Source of the DNA: Camelus dromedarius
Lineage: Eukaryota
Length of the DNA: 64,000 nt
NCBI RefSeq assembly: GCF_036321535.1
Contig: NC_087437.1
Span: forward strand, 32,366,001-32,430,000
Reading direction: 5' to 3'
Shown piece by piece: positions 37,791-50,016 of this stretch; the first letter of the stretch is position 1, and each line of letters begins with the position of its first letter. Both the position numbers and the translations under genes were made by a program. The notes under the pieces were generated by a model. That model was not told the origin of the DNA, did no database searches, and worked only from the letters and a program-made list of their open reading frames with translations.

Positions 37791-39176
37791 TTACTTCCTG
37801 GGTATTGGATCCCCATCCCAGTCATACAAAGGGTGAGGTCTGGGACAGAGCTCGGGACAGCTGATGTCACTTGCCTGAAGGCTGCCCCAAAGGAAATTCA
37901 ATGAAAGCAGAGATTGTTTGGGGGAAAGCCTGAATCAAAATCCTGGCAGACTTCCATGCTAGCAGTTGTCCCCAAGGCTGCACAAGAGGAATGAACTCAT
38001 CTGAAAGCAAAGGAACAAAATTCAGGAAACCCACATGGAAGTGAAGGCAGGTTTAATACATAAAATGAACAGCAGAGACCAAAGCAATTCTCTGAATTCT
38101 CTTTTCAAGCAAGGGACTACCTCACTTGTTTACAGAGATAAACCTGCAGGCTGAGATCTTCCAAGGCTGAGCTTGGAATTATAATGTGCTCAGGTCTTAA
38201 AGCACCACTTAAAGTGCCCCAAGGTGTCAGGCTCTCTCCCACCTACATATAAATGCTGTTTCTTCTGGCAGAATACTCTCTGACCCCTTATCTGCCTGGC
38301 AAAGCCATTCTTCAAGTATCTGTGAAGTCATCCTTGAATCCTAAGGCAATATTAAGTCTAGGTAACATCCTAGAATCAGCAGAGTGTAAAGTATGTATTG
38401 CATTTGGTAATGGGCATCCAATTTATATTATAACCACAGAAAACCATTAGAAATGACTATAAACAGAAGCCCTTTCTTGTGCTACTTAAAAATGGAATTT
38501 GCTTTCCCCCCTATGATTTTTGTTGTGGTGTGTTGACAAATGCTCTAAAGAAACTTTAAAAGACTAGATCAACATCAGATGGCATGCCTAACTGATAGTT
38601 CTTGTGTATGAATCAAAAGTCATTGATAAACCAATAAATAAATGCTACAAAGTATTTAAAATTATTCTTAATTTTTTTTCTATTTAGTTATACTGAATAT
38701 GGTCCTGATTAGTGGTAAAAATTAAGCCTAAAGCCTACCCACTCCTCTTAGAGAATAACAGATTGGGAAATTCAGACCTGTAGTTGAGAATAAAGTTAAT
38801 TTAGAACTTTGAGTAGTTACTCAGAAGCCAATGGATGACTTTATCATCAGTTACTGCTCTTTGTAAATTAGGTTGACTCTTTTTGTTGTCCATTCTACTT
38901 TAACTATATCTGAAGATTTAAACCAGTTGGGCCACCACTCAGAAAGGGATTAAAATCATTCCATGGCTAAAAATCTCTCTGTATCAAGAGCTTTTTTCAA
39001 CCTAGGGGAGATTAATAAAAGTGCTACACTGAGTAGGGTTACCTAGTTCTAAAGAAGTAAATCAGGAAAAGACATTTATCTCATTATCAAGGGGATTCTG
39101 CTTACATGATCCCTCTCATGAAAGCCATGCTAGGAACACCACAGAACCTACACACAGGTTTACCAAGTGGACTCAC

Positions 39177-39245
39177 CTGGGGAAAGTGTATTGAGCTGAG
39201 TAAGAGGATGTGATTACTTTTTACAATATCTAAACTGTCTTTCTC
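39177..39245 (-). other. Candidate 69-nt cassette exon
   Basis: Acceptor cttcccatctgtctgtag|G and donor CAG|GTGAGT; frame 0 is open (EKDSLDIVKSNHILLLSSIHFPQ). Confidence 0.4.
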
Positions 39246-40459
39246 CTACAGACAGATGGGAAGCCACCAGTTATTTTGATACCAGTAGCCCCTTCATTAG
39301 AATACTGTTGAAGTTCCCCTTAGACTAACCCCATGGGTTACTATTTAACACTCTTAAGTTGCAGTTGTAGATTAATTTGATCAAATGTTTTCATCTCTGT
39401 CTCCAGAGATCAGTTTTGTGTTGAACCAATCTTCCTAGTTCAGATCTCCTACAGATGAATCTTTAGATTCGACCGCAATTCAGATTCCTAAATGTGCACC
39501 TCAAAAGTTCTATAGTTCTAAAGGAGAGAACCAGCCTATACTTCCTATCATTAGAATTATAGTTGTGAGGAAACGAGTTGCAGTGAGTGGCCAGATAAAA
39601 ATGGAGCCCAACACTTTGAACATGAAGGAATTAATTCTTGAAAATTCAGCTTTCTTACAAAGGAATCATTTTGAAGGGTTGTCAGAAGACTATCAGCATA
39701 GGGTGTTGAACTTCATTCCTCATCCATCCATGTTCTGAGGAAGAAGGCTGAGTCACTGTGGGCACTGCTCCAGAGAGCCCTGAACATCAAGGAAAATGCA
39801 GGTATTGGCCTCATGAGATCTGGCAGCACATGTTTCTTGAACCTGCTAATTTTGCTAACCCTATTTGAGTTGCATAAGTCCAGCATGCTAAGCCAAGATA
39901 CAACACTGCCAACTTCATAAGTCCTTTGGTCCCTCTTCCCTGGGAAGAGGAGAAATCTGAGCAGGAAGGAAGCCATGATGCTGACATTCTGCAACAGATG
40001 AGAATGGCCTGCACATGGGTCAGCAACCCTGCAATCCGAAAATCACCTTACAGACAATTTACAGACGTGGAGGAGACCAAACTAGATAGCAAAGTTGTAC
40101 TGAAGACCTACATTTATGACACCCTTGCAACAGCCAGCTTAAGAAAAAACAGTTTAAATAGATCCACAATCTCATTCTAGAGGTGAACTGTTTATCTGAA
40201 GCAAGAACATCAATTGCCTACAGACCAATGAAATACAACCAGCCTTTTGTTTCTCCCAGAATATTAAAAATAACCAATAAATTATTCCAAAAGAATTCAG
40301 TGATATTTTAGGATCAATTCTATGCCAGTTACCTCTGAGAGCCTACAGGAGCTTATAATCTATCTGAGCAGAGAGCAGCCACACAGGAAGTACTAGGAAA
40401 GCATCTGGCGCTTACCTGTACCAAACAAACAGGAAATGCACAGTACTTTCCAAAGAAGG

Positions 40460-40898
40460 TGTATTAGTTTCCTGTGGCTGCTGTGACAGATTACTACAAA
40501 TTTCATCGCTCAAAACAACAGAAATTTATTCTCTCATAGTTCTGGAGGCCAGTAGTCCAAAGCCACCATGTCAGCAGCTGGCACTCCCAATGGAGGCTCT
40601 AGGGAGAAGTTATTCCTCGCCCCTTCCAGCTTCTGGTGGCTGTCTATATTCTTCAGTTTGTGCCCACATCACTTCAATCTCTGCCTCTATGGTCATACTG
40701 CTTCCTTCTCTTCTGTGTCTCAAACTTTCCTCTCCCTTTCTCTTATAAAGATGCTTGTAATGGCATTGGTCCCACCAAGATAATCCAGGATAATCTCTTC
40801 ATCTCGACACCATTAAATGCATCTGCAAAGACCTTTTTCCAAATAAGATTATATCCACATGTATGGAAAAATGGAGAGCCACTTTTCAGCCTATCACA
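40460..40898 (-). mobile_element. MLT1C-like MaLR solo LTR, near full length
   Basis: TG...CA termini; aaaacaacagaaatttattctctcatagttctggaggccag; gataatccaggataatctc. Confidence 0.9.
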
Positions 40899-40899
40899 G

Positions 40900-41310
40900 A
40901 AACAAACATTTACCATAGGAAGGAACAGAGTTTGCTTCTTATTCCTGAGATGATGGTTCTTGAGCAGCACTTGTAAAGATGGCTAAGATTTAAAGTGGCA
41001 GGCAAAAGAAGTTGGGCACTCAATGTGGAGAGATCAGCAGGTGCAAAGGCCATCATGTGTTTTCAGCAAATGAGGCATGAGGCCATATGTGGGACCCATG
41101 GGGAGTGATTATTATCACAGTTCATCAGTCCCTGATGGAGGGCATGTAGTAATGAGCAGGGTCAAATCAGGCTGGGCAGTTGGGATGGAGCCAGATTATG
41201 CAAACTCTTGAAACACAAGTGAAGAAGCCCAAACTTGATGTAATAGGCAACAGGGAATCATGGATTTTTAAATGAGGAAGTACCTTGATGGCTAATTTTC
41301 TAGGATCTTA
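40900..41310 (-). mobile_element. L2 remnant
   Basis: ggagccagattatg...aaacttgatgtaataggcaacagggaatcatgga. Confidence 0.6.
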
Positions 41311-44300
41311 CTCCATCTTCCCAGCATGTGCTCTTTTATTTCTCCTATTTCATTAGCAAAATCTAAGCCAAAATATTTATCATTTCCCTAAGTTATCTTT
41401 TTTTGGGAAACAGTAATTCAGTATAATTCCCATACTGATAGGTTCTACTACTGGAGTTATCTATCCATTAGGGGGAAAATATACATATATTTATAATCTC
41501 TATTACTTTGCTTGAAGAAAAGGCTCTCTTCATGAACAATTATTTATACATCTGGCTTATAATAAAATCATATCATGCAAATAAGCTAGATTGACTCAAA
41601 GATGAAATTCTGATTATAACAATATGAGACTTCGCAGTGTTCCATTAGGGAGAAAGGAAATGCTAGTCAGCAACCCAACCAGGAAAAACTATTTTGGTCC
41701 ATAAATTATGCAGCTTTGTGTTTATTCAATTAGACTAATCCTAAATGAATCCTTCCGTGAAAACTCTGTGTAAACACTGCAACACACAACAGGAAAGCAA
41801 TACTGAAGGGATGCCTGCAAGAAGGGTTCCCGATTGGACCTGCCGCACCGTTGCTCACTCATTTGACTCCACAGACATCTCCAACAGTGTGAGATCAGGT
41901 TTAATAAAAACTCCGTCTGGCTCTGGGGCCGTGCAAATCCAGGTGAGGCCTCACAAGTTCTTAAAATTTGATTGTTTGGGGCTCCAGCAACACCAAAATC
42001 TGATGGAACTTTTATTAAACCTGTGAGAGCCTTAAGAATACATATTTTAAAAACCAACATGGAATATTGGGAGGCCTGCCCTTGTGGACATATACTGAAA
42101 GCTCCCTTGTATGTGGGAATTGGATGGGCAATTGTCCCTTTTCCTGACTCTACATTGAGTAAAGCAGGCAATGTTGGAATCCTGTACCCATCTGCATTTG
42201 CTACAATTCCATTTTTACATTAATAATAAATAATTAACTTAGCCTGGTTAAAACTAAATATATGAGAGCTTTTACATTTCAGGAAAGAACCTTTACTTCT
42301 CTACAATTTGTTTAGTGGCTGGTATCTTCCTCCGGGCCTTAATGACAAGCACCTTGATGCTCACAGATGATGTCTAATTGATAGAGAGGCTCTGTATTAT
42401 AAACTCAGTCTATTCTTTGTTATCTAGTGATATAGTCAACACTGATTTAACTACCTGGTTACATTGAAAAGCAAGTGGTGTCCCAAATAAGAGAAATAAG
42501 GAAGAGGTGGTAACAGAACAGCTGGAAAACATTAACTCTCTCAAGAAAACAACGCTGGTGGTCAGTGAACAGTGTGGAGTTTGGAGATAACAGTTAAGTG
42601 AAAACCCTTTAGGACATTCCCCCCACCAGTACCCAAATGTGGGTTATGTTAAAATTCCACAAAACTAAGACTTTAATCTGATGCCTTTGGATACCAAAAG
42701 AAACATTTTCAAAATGGTATTCACTGTAGTAATTTAACCCCTCTAAGCCATCTGCGAGACACAACAATTTGGAAATCACCAATGGTAAACACAATATCTT
42801 GTTTTTCTTTCTGCCACTACCATTTAAGTTAGTTAGAAAGCCTCTCACAGCCTCTTAAAGATGGTATATTTCTGTTAGGATGTAAGAAAAGAGGAAACAA
42901 CAAATGCATAGTGGTCCCACAGGGAGATAGATCCAATATTTTTGGATGACTCATCAAAGCTCTAAACTCCAACAAACTTTGGAAGCACCAATGGTCCATC
43001 TGAAAATGCTATGCTGAAGGATCACTAAGTTACTAAACTCAGAAAGTATTTCTGGGTTACTCTGAATAGAATATTGTGCAATTGTAAACCTTTAACTAAT
43101 GTTTGTAGGTCTCATAAAATAACTACATAGTGCCGGAAATTCCATGCCTCAGGCCCACTGTCAGTTCAGTATTTTGCTACCACAAGATTTGTCCAATTTT
43201 TTATAGCACAGAATAAGTGAATGATAATAGAACTGATTTTCATGGTCGTTTAAAATTAGGTATTTGTAGGAGTATAGCTGTCAGATTTTTAATGAACAAT
43301 TCTGGCAATAGCTCAAACTAAAATTATGTTGTTCTCCTGCTCAGTAACATAAAAGAAAACATCCCATAGTAATTCAGACCAAAGTTCCTGAGGCTCAAGT
43401 TGCCCATTATAGTTCTAAGACTGCTCGTTTTCAGGAATTGCTTATCCAGCTAATCAATTCTTGAGTATTTCAGAAATTAAATCATTTAGAAATGAAATGG
43501 TAAAGCTGATGATTAGGGACTAGGGTACCATTATGGCCTTGGTCAAATATGGACACTGAAATTTTTCTGACATGAGAAGAATGCTAAAAAACTTCAACAT
43601 CTTCTTATCCCGGCACACACCCCATTACTTGCTCTGTCTCTTCTCTGTATGTTGATGTGATGTGTGTTTGTGTGCGCATGTGTGTTGTGCACATGCACAT
43701 GTGTGGATGTGGTGAATGAGCTGAATGTCTCTCTCTGATGTAAGTGTTCTCAATTAGAGGATGAAAAAGAAGACAGACATGGTGAACTCCAGTGCACCAG
43801 TTCTTTGTTTAAAAAAAAAGTTTATGGATATTAACACTATAGGTCAACCAAGAGGCCATAAGCTCCTCATTCACGTGCTGAATCTTATTCAAAATTCAGA
43901 AAGGCAGAATTGTTTCATGTTTGAAGTAAATGGCCCTCTCCCCAGGACAGCCTGTGATCTGGGAGATATGAACACTGATGGGGACCATTCAGAAGTGGAC
44001 TCTGCGTGGTCTTGCCCCTCCGTCCCCTGAAACATTTTAAGAACACAGACGGAGACCACCCTAAAAGCTTTCTTGCCTTTGCAAATGTTTTTGTTATAAA
44101 CTTATAAAGCAGTAGAAAAAGTTATCTAAAGACCTTCATTTGTTTATTCAACAAATACTAATATTCCATTGTGCTGTGCTGTAAATAAGACAAAATCAAG
44201 GATGTATAAAATACAGTGCCAGTCCACAAGGCAAACATCAATAAACAGCAAAGAAGCCCAGTGAATTGCCTCCTCTACTTTGTTGACAATGTTATCAGTT

Positions 44301-46892
44301 ATTCCTTGTGAACTTTTGGCAGAGAACCCGATGCTACCTGGCCCATGGAAAACAAGTCTTCCATGCCCTATGTGGTTATGACCTCTGTTAGAAAGACAAA
44401 TCTGCTTAGACAACACCCAGAAGGATGGCGATGAACTCTCGGAAAAGCTGTAAATAGCATCATTGGCCATTATTTTGATCAATACTACTGATTTATTCGA
44501 CCTGACTATAGCAGGCATGATGTCTATCTCCTTTACCATATTCACCCACAACGTTATGTTTTACCATTTTCTATGGTTCCAATTTAAAACTGAAATATAA
44601 ATATTAACATGCACTTTTTAAAGTTCTTTGAGGGCACAGAACAAGTTTTATTTTCTCTATGTCCTCCCACATCTAAGGAGTGTTTTACACAGAGTATTCA
44701 TTTAACAAGTAGTTACATTGACTTGGATCTGCTCACAGTTTTTCAAAATACCTAAACAATGACTAAAAATACAGTATAAATCTTAGGAAGAAAGCTCTGG
44801 TTTGATAAGGTGAACTACTCATTTCTAATTTAAGAAAAAAAACTGTGGGTAAAAAATGTAACTCCTCAAAATCAACCCATTTGTTAATAAAACTAATTTT
44901 TGTCTGATAAAAATCATCTATAAACTTAGTTATTCTTTCATTGGGTTAACACATTTTTTACTGAACACCTACTATGTACAGATCTTTCACTAAGGTGTAG
45001 AGTTCTCAAATCGTCACACATAGAGATGGATAGCTTGTCTGACATACAACCGATCTCCAGGTGATCTTTATGCTTTTTGCACTGGGGTCAGAAAGTCAAA
45101 ATGTCATGTATAAGATGCGGCTGTGAACTTCATTACTGTAGACTTCCTTGCCTTTTCCTCACTGACCTCATCCCTTAATTCACATTCAGTTTCTTTTTCT
45201 CTAGCTTTAGGTATATGCCCAGAGGTTAATATTACATTTCGCCTTGGAAGTATCTATATCTGTAAAGAAAGCTAAAGAATCTGTTTATAAAATGTTCAAA
45301 TTGTTCCAAAAAAAATTGCTCCCCAACACGTCTGGCCTATCACTCTGGTTTCTCTCATCCTCTCAGTCTTACACTGCTATGACATGGGAGACTCAGAAAG
45401 ATTACTAGTGACATGATGGTTACCCTAAATTCTGATCACCTTTGGCTTCTTCAAAAGAGAAAAGACATTCCCAATTATTTTGCCCTCTTCTGTGAACCTT
45501 CCCACCCTGCCTTCTCTAAAATACCACCATAAACACTTTCCCCTAGTTCCATCAGTGCATGGCTCCTCACCAGTCCCGGGCTCATGGGCCTCTACTGCCT
45601 CTTCCCTCAACTCTGACTCCAGCCAGATCACTTTTGGTATGAACTGAAGGTAAATTTATTAATCTCCAAGATGACACCCTTCACTAATTCCTAGTGGCTA
45701 ATATAAATCTTCTATTCTCTCCTCAGCAGCTTCTAAAACAGGTTTGATAAGCTCATAATTTAGGCAGCTTTCATGACCACAATCAGATCTTCCCTGGGCT
45801 AATAATTATCTCCCATAGGTAATTTTTTTAGGCTACTGATCATTTGTCTTACTAATCTCTCTATTTGTTCTTGCAACTAATAGCAGATCCCCAAATACCC
45901 TCTGTAATTTTCTAACAAGCAGAATTTCAATTCCCCATAAAGAAATCCTGCTTTAAAGTGTAATTAAAGATCATCTAAGAAAAACAGAGCCAATTTTGAA
46001 CAGCCCAAGAGCAATTTTTTCCCTCTGCCAGGAGGAAGGGTGTTTAGGGGGAATTAAAAATCACTTTGCAAAATTATAAACAGGTTTAATGTAACCATTT
46101 TGATCAACGGTCTCATTATCAAGTAATATATCTAAAATTAAGGTAATGGATTTTAAAAGGAGTAGATTGAATAAAAATCATCTGCTATTCAACAGGCATA
46201 TCAACCATGCAATTACTAATTCTGTTTATAACTACAGCCCTTTACTCTTCTTAAAAGAGCAATGAAAGCAAAACTTGGTTTGTGAGCTCCTATTAAATTA
46301 GCATTGATTTTGTTTTACTGCCAAGCCAAAGAAATTTCAACATCAAGGAGTTCTTTAACCCTATTTAAAGTATGCATTTACACAGAATTTAGTCCACACA
46401 TTGTTTATCTTGCTATTTACAATGAACTAAAAAAAAAATTCAGTCCCAGTATAGCTGTTTTATGCATTGGCTATTTGAGAAATTGCTAGAAAACAGCAGT
46501 ATACTATTAAGCAGAACGTAAGATGGTTGACACTTCAGATATAAACTCACTGAAGTGCAATCCAAAGTTAAACGTTAAGAACTGCCTGCTTTTGATCCAT
46601 TACAGAAAGGAAGGCTCATTTAAGGCAAAGAGTGACAAGTGCTAAAGTTACTTTCTCAATAGTTCTTATATTTGTAAATATTTAAGGTTGTTTGGAGGCA
46701 AATCTCAAAGACAGAGAATAATATATCTATTAGATTAAATAGTAAATAAAGTACAGCTTTTCTGGTTAAAAAAAAATGTCATTTCAAGTGAGAAATAAAA
46801 GCAATGAAACTTTGAAACAAAAATTCCAAAAGCTATGGGGAAATACGGCACAGTGTTGACAGAGGTGTCAAAACCACTCAAGGAAGTCAGCA

Positions 46893-47645
46893 TTTGGTGC
46901 AGGCCCCATGGAAAACACTATGGAGGCTCCTCAAAAAAATCAGAATGACCATATGATACAACAATCCCAATTCTGAATATATATCCAAAGGAAATAAAAT
47001 CACTATCTTGAAGAAATATTTGCACTCTTATGTTGCATGCAACATTATTCACAATAGCCAAGACATGAAACAACTTCAGTGTCCATTGACAGATGGATAA
47101 AGAAAATGTGAGATACATATATACACACATATATTTTAATATTATTCAGTCATAAAAAAAGAAGGAAACCCTCCCATTTATAACAACATGGATGGACCCT
47201 GAGGGCATTATGCTAAGAGACGTAAGTCAGACAGAGAAAGACAAATGCTGTACGATCTCACTTACAGGTGAAATCTAAAAATGTCAGTCAAGAAACAGAG
47301 AGTAAACTGATGGTTACCAGGGGCAGGGGAATGGGGGAAAAGGGGGATGTTGCTCAAAGAATACAAACTTTCAGCTGTAAGATGAATAAATTCCCAGAAT
47401 CTAATGTCCTTCACGATGACTATAGTTAACAATACTGTATTGTATACTTGGTTGCTATTAGAGTAGATCTTAAATGTTCTCACTATAACAACAGTAACAA
47501 AAAAAATAGTAATTATGTGAGAAGAAGGATGTTTTAATTAACCCTACTGTGGTAAACAATTCACAATTTTTACATGTATCAAATTATTACATGGTATACC
47601 TTACCTTACACAATGTTATATGTCAGTTATATCTCAATAAAGCTG
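46893..47645 (+). mobile_element. L1MA-like (L1MA9-type) 3' end
   Basis: atggaaaacactatggaggctcctcaaaaaa; acatggatggaccctgagggcattatgctaa; ends gtcagttatatctcaataaagctggg. Confidence 0.9.
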
Positions 47646-48224
47646 GGGGTGGGGCGAGGAAGCCAGCACACTGCAGCTGTCTCACTGATATCTACAAAGA
47701 CATCTTGCATGAGGTTTGCTGCAAATATAATAGCAATATGTTGAACTCTCCTACTTTGCAAGAACACGATCTTTTTCTGATTATGTGAATCTAAAATTGA
47801 TTCAAAGAAGGACAGCTTTAGACTTATGTCAAAAGGCCTTTCCATAACAGAAATGTACTACTCATTTTGAAATTTAATCATAACCCTCCAGATCTCTCTA
47901 AGTCCCTAGAAACAATTTTTTTTAAAGTATGGTATAACTTTAAATGAGTTCTCCATATTCTGTTTTTCACTTACATACTATGTTAGGATATGCTGAGCAT
48001 CTCAGGAGTTTCTTTTATAAGTAAAAACAAGAGAATTGGAGAGTAGAAACAAATTCTATGATCAAGATAACTCAGAGAACTCTCAGTCATTAAAGGGCTC
48101 CTTTCCAGAGCCTGTCTGGGCAACCCAAGAAATCAGAGAATGGAAACCATTAACTTGTTTACCAAGTTCTTCCTCAAACATTGTAAGTTCTTCTAGTGAT
48201 AAAAAAAAAAAAAAAAGGGTAGGG

Positions 48225-48380
48225 GAGCTCAAATTTATCGCACCTTTACCATGTCACTGGCATTGTGCTAAGCATGCTCCATGCATTAACGTAGTCAATC
48301 TTCACAACAACTCTATGCATATTTCCATTTTACAGAGACTTGCACAAAGAGAACCAACCTTAAGGTAATTTCAGTCAGGA
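48225..48380 (-). mobile_element. MIR remnant
   Basis: ggcattgtgctaagcatg...aatcttcacaacaactctatg...ccattttacaga. Confidence 0.7.
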
Positions 48381-49853
48381 CAAAAAGCTGTATACTTGTC
48401 TATCAGAGAGCAAGATCAGCAGAGATCAAGAAATGTGAGACACTGGAAAATCTTTCCTTATCAGCTACAAAAATTCATTATTGCAGTAAATGATCTCCAA
48501 GTTTTCTTAATTGCTTATTGCTCTCGGAAAATAGAAAAATGCTTGTGCATGCACCCACAATACATATATATTCATTTATTATAAATTATATACTATATAG
48601 TATATATTGCTGTCAATAGCTAATACCTCAAGATACATTATCAGCTGAGGGCAAGTTTCATGATTTTAAAACACGAGATGTAAATCCACATGACAAACAG
48701 CCTTCCTGATAATTTTGAATATTTTTGGCTGAACTTGTCAGAGTTTGATTAGCTCAACATTGATCCTACTGTGTGAAGTGGCTGAAGGAGAGTCCACCTG
48801 GCAGGAAGAAGATAAGGATTAGCTCCATAGCCTTCCGGTGAGTTACTTGTTCTGCATTGTTAGTACTAGGTTAAAACCAATTCCTTTACAGGAATCTTGT
48901 TAAACTTTGTCTATGTCCTAACTTTTTTAAACAAGACAACATTCATAAATACACTTGACATAAAAAGCAGTACATCTAAAGACCAATGCAGGGATCAGGA
49001 ACCCCTACAGGCCCTGCATCCGCCCCCTCCACTTTGAAATGCCTTCTTCAGGTCCAGCCCCAGGAGTCACGTGCTTGTCAGCTATGCGGGGCGGGGAGTG
49101 AGCAACAGTGCCAATCCATATCTCAGGTACAAATGAGTGGTTTGATTCTTTTTTTATATAAATTAATACATGTGTTAATGTATCCTTTATACATCTTAAT
49201 GCCTCATCTGACTCAGCCAGTGTTGGTCCCTGATTTAAGTACTTCAGCTCCAGCAAAGAGGGGTAGACGTCAACATGGACGCGTACACACTGCTTTCAAC
49301 ACAAGGTCTTCCTGATTGATTTTCACTAACTTCCCAACACCCATCTGCCTAAATTCTCAAGACAGGGAGGAGACAGGGATAACATTAGAAAATAGAAGCT
49401 TCAGCCCTGCTATTTACTAAAGACAAGTTACTGTACCCATAGGAGGCGTGATACCTACCTTATTTACAATTGTGAGGATTAGTCCATTGTGTACAAAGTA
49501 TTTAGCTCAGGAGGCATCCAGTAATCACAGTAAATATCAACTGAATTATTACCAAATGTTTAATGCTAAGGAATAATTTAATGGGTAGGCTACTATAGGA
49601 AATTTTCTTCCCAGGAATTAGGAAAGCCATATGAAATTACAGTTATTCACATTCTGAGAAAGTCTTTCCACAGGTAAAGCCTGCTTACATCAGCATCATT
49701 ATGCCAACTGAAGTCCTAAATCTGAGTCCCAACCCTTGACCTGGATTCGTAAGAGACAGGTTCAAACAATAATGATTTGATATTTTAAAAAAATAAACAA
49801 TAATCAAATAACACATCTCTCTTTTTTTGTGGGGAGAAGGAGTTAGAATAAAT

Positions 49854-50016
49854 CAGTGGTCCCCAGACCAGCATCATCAGCAACACCAGGGAGCTTGTTA
49901 AAAATACAAATTCTCATCCCAACCCTGGACCTTCTAAATCAGAAATTCCAAAGATGGGTCTTGTCTATTAAGTCCTCCAGGTGATTCTTATACATGCTAA
50001 AGCTTGAGAACTGCTG
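49854..50016. mobile_element. MER5A hAT-Charlie DNA transposon
   Basis: cagtggtccccagaccagcatcatcagcaacacc...caggtgattcttatacatgctaaagcttgagaactgctg. Confidence 0.85.

Noticed and set aside
41722..42223. Overlapping ORFs (149, 93, 83 aa) and a possible + exon at 41875-41942
   Set aside because: No recognisable homology; an isolated splice-site pair is too weak to call.
44144..44551. 135-aa minus-strand ORF
   Set aside because: Non-ATG start, ends within an L2 remnant, and has no known motif.
48742..48837. Plus-strand exon candidate (donor CCG|GTGAGT)
   Set aside because: Mediocre acceptor, stops in all frames, and no supporting neighbouring exon.
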